Shown: positions 1 to 6,488 of the stretch, piece after piece
Layout of the letters: each line of letters starts with the position of its first letter
Position numbering within the stretch: the stretch's first letter is position 1
Assembly (NCBI RefSeq): GCF_014199525.1
Contig: NZ_JACHNU010000005.1
Location: 295,255-319,254, forward strand
Length of the DNA: 24,000 nt
Reading direction: 5' to 3'
Source of the DNA: Conexibacter arvalis
Lineage (GTDB): Bacteria; Actinomycetota; Thermoleophilia; Solirubrobacterales; Solirubrobacteraceae
The notes under the pieces: model-generated
Seen by the model: the letters and a program-made list of their open reading frames with translations, nothing else
Told to the model about the DNA's origin: nothing
Databases searched by the model: none
Made by a program: the position numbers and the translations under genes

Positions 1-162
1 GGCCTCGCCGCCGTCGGCGCCGCGGCCGAGCGGGCCCTCGACGGCGATGCCGGCGTCGCGCAGCGCAGGCGCGAGCGCGCGGCCGAGGCGGCCGGCGCCG
101 ACGATCGCGCAGCGGAGGCGCGTGAGATCAGGGAGATCCGATTCCCGTTCCAGTTCCCACAT
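1..162 (-). CDS. N-terminal 54 aa of a Rossmann-fold NAD(P)-binding protein, truncated by the window edge
   Basis: The reverse complement of 1..162 starts with ATG (162..160) and reads MWELERESDLPDLTRLRCAIVGAGRLGRALAPALRDAGIAVEG..., containing a GxGxxG dinucleotide-binding loop (IVGAGRLG). It is absent from the ORF track (short, truncated). The family cannot be assigned from 54 aa. Confidence 0.4.
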   Translation of the reverse strand, partial: MWELERESDLPDLTRLRCAIVGAGRLGRALAPALRDAGIAVEGPLGRGADGGEA

Positions 163-238
163 GGGAGATACCGGTCGAGCAGCAGTGCGGTTGCGACACG
201 GACATCACGTCCGCCCCCGAAGGTGGCGGCTTCGCACC

Positions 239-1045
239 ATGGTAGTACAGCCGGCCGGCGACGTGAATACCATCGGGGCGGTGAGCACCGCCGTCGAACG
301 CCGCGAGCGCCTGAAAGAGGTGTACCGCGAGGCGAGCCAGTGCACGAGATGCGCGCTCGCAGAGACCCGCACGACCGTCGTCTTCGGCGCCGGGAACGCC
401 GACGCGGACCTGATGTTCGTCGGCGAGGCGCCTGGCGCCAACGAGGACAGGGGCGGCCTGCCGTTCATCGGCCAGGCCGGCAGACTGCTCGACAGACTGC
501 TGGAGGAGGTCGGGCTGGTCCGCGGCGACGTCTTCATCGCCAACGTGCTCAAATGCCGCCCGCCCGGCAACCGCGACCCGCGGCCGAGCGAGATCGACAC
601 CTGCCGCGAATACCTCCACCGCCAGGTCGAGCTGATCGAGCCGAAGGTGATCTGCACGCTCGGCAACTTCTCGACGAAGCTGCTGCGCGAGGACCCGACC
701 GGCATCTCGAGGGTCCACGGCCAGGCGGAGGTGCGGCTGCTCGGCCGCCGCGCGGTCACGATCCTGCCGATCTACCACCCGGCCGCCGCGCTCTACACGC
801 CGCGCATGCTCGACACGCTGCGGGCCGACTTCGCGCTGCTGCCCGACCTGCTCGCCGCGCCGGCGCCGCCGCAGCCCGATCCCGAGATCTTCGAGGAGCC
901 CGAGCCCGAGCCCGACCCGGCGCTGGCGGCGGCCGCGCCGCTCGACGCCGAGCCCGATCCGGCGGCGACCGCGGCCGACGGCGCCGACAGCGCCGCAGCC
1001 AAGGATCTCCCGGCGGTGAACGAGCAGCAGCTCGGCCTCTTCTGA
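239..1045 (+). CDS. Family-4 type uracil-DNA glycosylase (Fe-S cluster UDG) with a long acidic/Pro-rich C-terminal tail
   Basis: Track ORF 47..1045. Motifs seen: CTRCAL (CxxC), [24 protein letters not shown] (GEAPG motif A), [32 protein letters not shown] (motif B). Start chosen at ATG 239 (MVVQPAG...) because the upstream in-frame part is Arg/Ser-rich and overlaps the divergent gene at 1..162. The start is uncertain by tens of bp. Confidence 0.85.
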   Translation: MVVQPAGDVNTIGAVSTAVERRERLKEVYREASQCTRCALAETRTTVVFGAGNADADLMFVGEAPGANEDRGGLPFIGQAGRLLDRLLEEVGLVRGDVFIANVLKCRPPGNRDPRPSEIDTCREYLHRQVELIEPKVICTLGNFSTKLLREDPTGISRVHGQAEVRLLGRRAVTILPIYHPAAALYTPRMLDTLRADFALLPDLLAAPAPPQPDPEIFEEPEPEPDPALAAAAPLDAEPDPAATAADGADSAAAKDLPAVNEQQLGLF

Positions 1046-1101
1046 GGCCCGCTCCGACTTCTGGGGTGGAGGATGGCGCGTCAGCGCCGTATCGTGCGCG
1101 C

Positions 1102-3201
1102 ATGGCGACGATCGGGGCACGGATCGCCGAGCGCGACCGCCGCAGATTCGTGGGACGCGACGCCGAGCTCGCCTTTCTGGAGCGCTGTCTCGACGGCGAG
1201 CGCGGCGCCAGCGTCGTGCTCGTCCACGGGCCCGGCGGGATCGGCAAGAGCACGCTGCTGCGCGAGCTGGCGCGGCGGGCCGGGGCACGCGGCCGCCGCG
1301 CCCACTTCGTCGAGGGCCGCGAGCTGGCGCCGGTGCCGGCCGCGCTCGACGCGGCGCTCGCGGCTGCCCGCGAGGAGCTGGAGCCGCTGGTCCTGATCGA
1401 CACCTACGAGCAGATGGGCGGCCTCGACGGCCACGTCCGCAACGCCGTCGTGCCGAGCCTGCCCGAGCGCGCCCTCGTCGTGATCGCCGGCCGCGAGCGG
1501 CCCGGACGCGGCTGGCTGGAGGGAGGCTGGGAGCGCGTCGCGGTCCAGCTGCCGCTGAGCGGCCTGTCCGCGGCGGAGGCGCGCGAGCTGCTCGCCGTCC
1601 ACGGCGTCGCCGACGACGCCCGCACGCGCGAGCTGATCCGCTGGGCGCAGGGCTCGCCGCTGGCGCTGGCGCTCGCCGGCGACGAGGCGCTCGGCGCCGC
1701 GGGGGCGGCGGGGGGCGACGAGGTCGAGCGGCCGGAGCTGGTGCAGGCGCTGATCCGCCGGCTCGCCGAGGCCGAGATCGACGGGCCGCATCTCGGCCCG
1801 CTCGCGGTCGCCGCGATCGCGCGCGTGACGACGATCGAGCTGCTGCGCGAGGTGCTGCCGGAGACCGACGCCCTCCAGGCCTACATGTGGCTGCGCGAGC
1901 GCAGCTTCACGGAGCCGCTGGGGGAGGGGATCGCGCTCCACGAGCTGGTCCGCAAGGCGCTGCGCGCCGACCTGCGCCACCGCGACCGCGAGCGCGAGCG
2001 GGCGCTGCGGCGGCGGATCGCCGACCACCTCTACGCCCGCGCTCGCGCCGGCCAGCAGCTGCTGTCGATCGACCTCGCCCATCTCGTCCGCAACGAGGCG
2101 ATCCGCTGGGGCTTCTCGTGGGAGGGCGCCGGCGAGCACCGGCTCGACGAGGTCCGCCCCGGCGACGCGGAGGAGATCCGCCGCCTGCTGGCCCGCTGGC
2201 GCGTGCCGGAGCGGTGGGCGCCGGCGGCGCCGTACTTCGAGCAGGCGCCGGAGCGGATCGCCGTCGTGCGCGACCTCGACGACCGCATCCGCGGCTTCGA
2301 GCTGTCGGTCACGCCGCAGAACGCGCCGCCGCTGGCCTACGCCGACCCGGTCCTCGGCCGCTGGCTCGCCCACGCCCGCGAGCACGGCGGCGGCGGCGCG
2401 GTGCTGTGGCAGGTCGCGATCGACTTCACCGGCGACCCGCGCGCCCGCGTCCAGGCGATGCTCGGGATGTCGGGGATCATCCGCTCGGGGCTGGCGAACC
2501 CGCGCTGGGCCTACCTGCCGATCGACCCGCGCCTCGAGCGCGCCGTCGCGTTCGCGCAGGCGGCCGGCGCCCGTCGCCTGCCGCAGCTCGACTGCGAGCT
2601 CGACGGCCACCCGACCCACTGCTACCTGCTCGACTACGGGCCCGACGGGCTGCTCGGCGCGCAGCGGGCGCTGATCTACCGGGAGCTGGGGCTGGCGCCG
2701 GCCGACCCGCCGGCAGACGGCGCGGCCGGGTCTCCGTCGCCGGGACGCTCGCCGGAGCCGCCCGGGGCGCCGGGGGTGAGCGCGCCCGCCGCGAGGGCGG
2801 CGGGGACGACGGGGCCCGCCGCGGGCGCGGCGGCCGTCTCGGGCGCGGCGTCCGCCGCCGGGGCGGCGGCCGTCTCGCTCGACGACGTGCGCGAGGCGCT
2901 GCGCAACCTGGGCGTGCCGCACAAGCTCGCCGACAGCCCGCTGGCGCGCGGCGAGACGCTCGAGCAGCGGGCGGCGTCGGTCCGCGCGCTGCTGACGGAG
3001 ACCGCCGCCAGGGCCTTCGGCGACACGCCCAACGAGCAGCTGCTGCGCCGCGTGCTCGAGCGCGGCTACCTCGACCCGGCGTCGAGCCACGAGCAGGCCG
3101 CCGACGAGCTGGCGCTCAGCCGCGCGGCGTACTTCCGTCGACTGCGGACCGCGGCCGAGCGCCTCGTCGAGGTGCTGGCGCGTCCGCCCGGGGGCCGCTG
3201 A
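1102..3201 (+). CDS. STAND/NB-ARC-like P-loop NTPase with uncharacterised middle domain and C-terminal sigma70-region-4/LuxR-like HTH (putative signal-transducing transcription regulator)
   Basis: Same frame as track ORF 223..3201, with ATG at 1102 (MATIGARIAERDRRRFVGRDAELAFLE...). Seen: FVGRxxEL lead-in, Walker A GPGGIGKST (nt 1228..1254), Walker B-like LVLIDTYE, and NB-ARC GxP-like motif GSPLALALAG. A helical region follows, then an alpha/beta-looking region (EVRPGDAEEIRRLL...AVAFAQAAGARRL), an Ala/Gly/Pro linker and a terminal HTH (HEQAADELALSRAAYFRRLRTAAERLVEVL). Confidence 0.7.
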   Translation: MATIGARIAERDRRRFVGRDAELAFLERCLDGERGASVVLVHGPGGIGKSTLLRELARRAGARGRRAHFVEGRELAPVPAALDAALAAAREELEPLVLIDTYEQMGGLDGHVRNAVVPSLPERALVVIAGRERPGRGWLEGGWERVAVQLPLSGLSAAEARELLAVHGVADDARTRELIRWAQGSPLALALAGDEALGAAGAAGGDEVERPELVQALIRRLAEAEIDGPHLGPLAVAAIARVTTIELLREVLPETDALQAYMWLRERSFTEPLGEGIALHELVRKALRADLRHRDRERERALRRRIADHLYARARAGQQLLSIDLAHLVRNEAIRWGFSWEGAGEHRLDEVRPGDAEEIRRLLARWRVPERWAPAAPYFEQAPERIAVVRDLDDRIRGFELSVTPQNAPPLAYADPVLGRWLAHAREHGGGGAVLWQVAIDFTGDPRARVQAMLGMSGIIRSGLANPRWAYLPIDPRLERAVAFAQAAGARRLPQLDCELDGHPTHCYLLDYGPDGLLGAQRALIYRELGLAPADPPADGAAGSPSPGRSPEPPGAPGVSAPAARAAGTTGPAAGAAAVSGAASAAGAAAVSLDDVREALRNLGVPHKLADSPLARGETLEQRAASVRALLTETAARAFGDTPNEQLLRRVLERGYLDPASSHEQAADELALSRAAYFRRLRTAAERLVEVLARPPGGR

Positions 3202-3398
3202 GCGCCGGTCTTCGGAGCCGCGGGGCGGACCGGCGAAGGCGACGGGCCGCGGCGGCCGCGGTCGGAGCCCGCGCGTGCGGCGGCGAAGCGGGCGCGAGCG
3301 GCGAAGCGGGCGCGCAGGCGCTCGCCCCGGGTCGGCGGGGCGCGGTGGCGACGGGCTTCGGCGGGGTCGGGCGGGGCGGCGGGAACGAGACCGAGTTG

Positions 3399-3430
3399 GG
3401 CGATTTCTCCGCACGTTGCAGGAAATCGCC
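3399..3430. promoter_or_regulatory. 9-bp perfect inverted repeat (GGCGATTTC-N14-GAAATCGCC) upstream of the LPXTG gene; candidate operator or RNA hairpin
   Basis: Read directly: ggcgatttc at 3399..3407 and gaaatcgcc at 3422..3430. It sits in the least GC-rich patch of the 270-bp intergenic region, 42 bp upstream of the start at 3472. Function is not established. Confidence 0.25.
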
Positions 3431-3471
3431 GGCCGGTTCCGACGGCGCCGGCGTTATGGTTCCGCGCCCCG

Positions 3472-4071
3472 ATGCCTCGCACTGCTCAGTTCACCGCCGT
3501 CACGCTCGCCGCCGCGCTGGCGCTGCCCGCGCCGGCGCTCGCCGACGACGCTCCCCCGCCGCTCGCGGACACCGCTCCCGCCGAGCTGCTCGCCGACACC
3601 TCGCCCGTCGCGCTCGCCGACACCGCTTCCGCCGAGCTGCTCGCCGACACCTCGCCCGTCGCGCTGACCGACACCGCCTCCGTCGCGCTGCTCGCCGACG
3701 CCTCGCCGGTCGCGCTCGCCGACACCACGCCGGGCGCGCTCGCCGACACCACGCCGGGCGCGCTGCTCGCCGACTCCGCGCCGCTGACCGACGCGCCGGT
3801 CCCGCGCGACGCGCCGCAGGCGACCGCGACGCCGCTGGCGGCGGACGACCACGAGATCCTCGCCGACGCCGGCGACCCGGAGCGGCTGCTGGCCCAGGCG
3901 CCTCCCGCGACCGACACCCCGCCGGCCGCCAGGCTCCCGCACACCGGCACGGAGCTGCTGGTGACGCTGCTCGCCGGCGGCGGGCTGCTGCTGACCGGCG
4001 CTGGCCTGCGCATCGGGATCGGGCGGCCCGACGGGATCGCCTCGCTGCCGACGGCCGACGGGCCGCGGTGA
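3472..4071 (+). CDS. Sortase-anchored (LPXTG-type) cell-surface protein with about 10 tandem 8-9 aa LADTxPxxL repeats
   Basis: Track ORF 3472..4071. N-terminal signal peptide (FTAVTLAAALALPAPALA|DD). Repeat block LADTAPAEL/LADTSPVA/LADTASAEL... C-terminal sorting signal LPHTG, then a hydrophobic segment (TELLVTLLAGGGLLLTGAGL) and a basic tail (RIGIGR...). Confidence 0.7.
   Translation: MPRTAQFTAVTLAAALALPAPALADDAPPPLADTAPAELLADTSPVALADTASAELLADTSPVALTDTASVALLADASPVALADTTPGALADTTPGALLADSAPLTDAPVPRDAPQATATPLAADDHEILADAGDPERLLAQAPPATDTPPAARLPHTGTELLVTLLAGGGLLLTGAGLRIGIGRPDGIASLPTADGPR
3562..3798 (+). repeat. In-frame tandem DNA repeats encoding the LADTxPxxL units
   Basis: ccgccgagctgctcgccgacacctcgcccgtcgcgct occurs at about 3580 and again about 51 bp later (about 3631). 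cgccgacaccacgccgggcgcgct occurs twice in tandem (about 3718..3765, 24-bp period). Confidence 0.8.
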
Positions 4072-4523
4072 GCCCCCGGCGCCCCTCGCTGCCCGCAGGA
4101 GCGCACCGGACCGCCGGTCCGGAGGAGACGGAGGCGCTGGCGGCGCGTGTCGCCGCCGCGCTGGAGCCGGGCGACGTCGTCCTGCTCTCCGGCGACCTCG
4201 GCGCCGGCAAGACGACCTTCGTGCGCGGCGCCGCCCGCGCGCTCGGCGTCGAGGGGGCGGTCACCAGCCCGACCTTCACGATCGGCCAGCGCTATCACGG
4301 GCGCGTCGGCGTCTCGCACCTCGACCTGTACCGCCTCGGCGACCTCGCCGACGAGGACCCGGCACTGCTCGCCGACTACCTGACGCCGGAGCGGATCGCG
4401 TTCGTCGAGTGGCCGCGGGCAGCCGAGCCGGCGCTCGCCGACGCCGGCGTCACGGTCGCGGCGCGGGTGCGCCTGGAGCACGCCGGCGGCGACGCCCGCG
4501 TCATCACCGTCGAGCCCGTCTGA
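4068..4523 (+). CDS. tsaE: tRNA t6A37 biosynthesis ATPase TsaE (YjeE family)
   Basis: C-terminal part of track ORF 1887..4523. P-loop VVLLSGDLGAGKTTFVRG, then SPTFTI and HLDLYRL motifs typical of TsaE. The only plausible start is GTG 4068, overlapping the upstream stop (GTGA). Confidence 0.85.
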   Translation: MSPRRPSLPAGAHRTAGPEETEALAARVAAALEPGDVVLLSGDLGAGKTTFVRGAARALGVEGAVTSPTFTIGQRYHGRVGVSHLDLYRLGDLADEDPALLADYLTPERIAFVEWPRAAEPALADAGVTVAARVRLEHAGGDARVITVEPV

Positions 4524-5487
4524 CCGCCTGCCGCCCGCCGCGCCGCTCGGCTTCGCGATCGCCGTGCCCGCGGAGCCGCGCCTCGCGCCGCTCGGCTCCG
4601 TGCCGCCGCCGCTCGCCCTTCCTGCTGCCCCGCTCGCGACCACGCCCGCGCCGCTCGCCCGGTTCGCCGCGGCGTCCACCTCTCGCACCGCCGCGCCGCT
4701 CGGCTTCCCGGCCCCGCCGCTCGCCTCTCGCGCCGCCCCGCCGCTCGCCCTTCCGGCCGCGCCGCTCGGCTCTCGCGCCGCCCCGCCGCTCGCCGCAGGC
4801 GCGGCCGCTGCGGGCGCCGAAGGCGACGACGAAGGTCGCGGTCGGGACGGTGCGGCCGCGCAGGCGCGGATGGCGGACGGGCGCGCCGCGCACGACGGCG
4901 ACGCCGACGTCGCGGAAGGCGGCGGCGAGGACGTTGGCGCGGTGTGGCGGACTGCGCAGCCAGCCGCGGACCGCCGCCCGCGCCGTCGCGCGCTGCCCCG
5001 CGCCCCACGCGAGGTTCTCGCCGATCCGCCAGCTGCCGCGGCGCGGGACGTAGCCGGCCGCCTGCGCCCGCTGGGCCGGCGTGCGGCCGCGCCACGAGGA
5101 GTGCGCGAAGTAGCGCCGGTGGACCATGTCGCGCGCGTGGCGCTCGGCGGCGCGGTCGAGGCAGCGGTCGTAGCGCAGCGGCCGCAGGCGCGCGGCCGCC
5201 CGGCGCGCGTTGAGCAGGCAGCGAACCGTTCGCTCGACACGCGCGGTGCCGCGCAGCGCGCGGATCCCGGCTGGGCTGCAGCGGCGTGCGTCGCTGCCCG
5301 CCCGGGCCTCCGTCGCGCGGGTCGGCGGCGCATGACATCGGCGTGCGGCGTCCGGGCCGCAGCGCCGCAGGTCACCTGCCGCGTCGGCGCGCGTCGCGGC
5401 AGCGGCCTGCCAGGCGAGCGCGCCGAGGACGGCGAGCGCTGCGAGCACGACGCGGGCCCGACCTCGACGTTCCCTCGTCCACGACAT
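4504..5487 (-). CDS. Secreted or membrane-anchored CAP/SCP (YkwD-like, PR-1 superfamily) domain protein with about 100-aa Arg/Gly/Glu-rich repeat tail
   Basis: Track ORF 4504..5487 (-). N-terminal hydrophobic signal/anchor (RARVVLAALAVLGALAWQAAAA). CAP-like core: CLLNARRAAARLRPL, DRAAERHARDMVHRRYFAHSS, IGENLAWG, AVRGWLRSPPHRANVL, FRDVGVAVV. The tail (aa about 226-327) is GERRGGAR-type repeats. The 3' end overlaps the tsaE 3' end by 20 bp (convergent). Confidence 0.7.
   Translation of the reverse strand: MSWTRERRGRARVVLAALAVLGALAWQAAAATRADAAGDLRRCGPDAARRCHAPPTRATEARAGSDARRCSPAGIRALRGTARVERTVRCLLNARRAAARLRPLRYDRCLDRAAERHARDMVHRRYFAHSSWRGRTPAQRAQAAGYVPRRGSWRIGENLAWGAGQRATARAAVRGWLRSPPHRANVLAAAFRDVGVAVVRGAPVRHPRLRGRTVPTATFVVAFGARSGRACGERRGGARAERRGRKGERRGGARGERRGREAERRGGARGGRRGEPGERRGRGRERGSRKGERRRHGAERREARLRGHGDREAERRGGRQAVRRARR
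4507..4812 (-). repeat. Degenerate tandem repeats (about 21-24 bp units, + strand core gccgctcg[g/c]c) encoding xERRGxxx units
   Basis: On the + strand, cgccgctcggc / ccgccgctcgcc recurs more than 10 times between about 4540 and 4800. The near-identical block ctcgcgccgccccgccgctcgcc occurs twice (about 4727 and about 4772). Confidence 0.7.
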
Positions 5488-5636
5488 CGGTCGGCGCCGA
5501 CCCTATGCGAGCCGGCGGTCAGACTTCGCGGACGAAACGCGAAGAAAAGGCGGATATCCCGCAAAGTGGGGAAAGAAGCGGGCGTGTCGGCGTTCGCTGC
5601 GCATCATCGCGCCCGGTGCGCGACGATTTCGACGCG

Positions 5637-6488
5637 ATGACGATCCTCGCCTTCGACACCGCGACCCCGGCGACGTCGGTCGCGCTGGCGCTCGACGACG
5701 GCCGACTCCTCAGCCGCCGCCACGACCCGGCCCCGGGCGAGCGTCCCGGCCACCAGGAGCTGCTGCTCGGCTTCGTCGTCGCGCTGCTGGAGGAGGCCGG
5801 GGTCGAGCTGCCGGCGGTCGACCGGATCGCCGTCGGCGTCGGGCCCGGGACCTTCACCGGCCTGCGGATCGGCGTCGCGACCGCGCGCGGCCTGGCGCAC
5901 GCCCACGACCTGCCGCTCGTCGCCGTCTCGACGCTTCACGCGCTCGCCGCGCAGGCCGCCGCCCCGCCCGCCGCCGCCGACCAGGCCGCCGGCGAGCACC
6001 CCGCCGCGACCGCTGACCAGGCCGCCGCCCCGCCCGCCGCCGGAGAGCCCGCCGCGACCGGCGACCAGGCCGCCGCCGGGCAGGCGCCCGCGGACGGCGA
6101 GGCCCCGCCGGCGCTGCTCGCCGTCCTCGACGCCCGCCGCGGCGAGGCGTTCGCCGCCGCCTGGCCGCACGCCGCCGCCGCCGACCCGCGCGCCGCGCCG
6201 CTGCTGGCGCCGGCCGCACTCTCGCCGGAGGCGCTCGCCGCCGCCGTCGCCGAGCTGCCGGCCGCGTCGCTGGCGGTCGGGGACGGGGCGCTAAGGTTTC
6301 GGGAGCAGCTTCAGGCGGCCGGGGCGGTCGTCCCGGCGGACGGGTCGTCGCTGCACCGGGTCGACGCGGTCGCGCACTGCCGGCTCGGCGCCGCGCTCGA
6401 GCCGCTCGCCCGTGACGAGGTGGTCCCGACCTATCTGCGACTGCCCGACGCCGAGCTGGCGCTCCGCCGACGCGGCGAGCGGGAATGA
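5637..6488 (+). CDS. tsaB: tRNA t6A37 biosynthesis protein TsaB (YeaZ family) with an Ala/Pro/Gln-rich insertion
   Basis: In frame with track ORF 5286..6488, ATG at 5637. MTILAFDTATPATSVALA..., AVGVGPGTFTGLRIGVATARGLA and LLAVLDARRGEAF are typical TsaB motifs. The stop overlaps the rimI start (ATGA at 6485..6488). Confidence 0.85.
   Translation: MTILAFDTATPATSVALALDDGRLLSRRHDPAPGERPGHQELLLGFVVALLEEAGVELPAVDRIAVGVGPGTFTGLRIGVATARGLAHAHDLPLVAVSTLHALAAQAAAPPAAADQAAGEHPAATADQAAAPPAAGEPAATGDQAAAGQAPADGEAPPALLAVLDARRGEAFAAAWPHAAAADPRAAPLLAPAALSPEALAAAVAELPAASLAVGDGALRFREQLQAAGAVVPADGSSLHRVDAVAHCRLGAALEPLARDEVVPTYLRLPDAELALRRRGERE

Noticed and set aside
223-1101. Long N-terminal extensions of real genes in the ORF track (223..1101, 1887..4067, 5286..5636, 6412..6999, 7479..8036, 9427..10167, 16192..16866)
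   Set aside because: The upstream parts are Arg/Pro-rich, overlap the preceding genes in another frame, and precede sensible internal starts that recreate canonical N-termini and 4-bp stop/start overlaps.
1081-3414. 777-aa minus-strand ORF (also 128..1288 -, 205..759 -, 756..1403 -) antisense to the UDG and STAND genes
   Set aside because: Arg/Pro/Ala-rich nonsense composition with no domains. The + strand frames carry clear UDG and P-loop motifs.
5524-5544. CTTCGCG-gacgaaa-CGCGAAG hairpin as a terminator
   Set aside because: It lies in a divergent promoter region between two gene starts (5487 - and 5637 +), so no transcript would end there, and there is no U-tract on either strand. It is mentioned only as a possible regulatory element within the CAP/tsaB finding.
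3486-5564. 692-aa minus-strand ORF, plus 3500..4279 -, 3454..3942 - and 4376..5338 -
   Set aside because: These are off-frame or antisense to the LPXTG protein, tsaE and the CAP gene and are compositionally degenerate. Only the 4504..5487 minus frame shows a real (CAP) domain.
4564-5640. 358-aa + strand ORF with PLA/APPLA repeats
   Set aside because: It is the antisense reading of the CAP gene and its repeat tail. Beyond the repeats it has no domain, whereas the minus frame has the CAP motifs and a signal peptide. The repeat segment itself (4507..4812) remains ambiguous and is reported as a finding.
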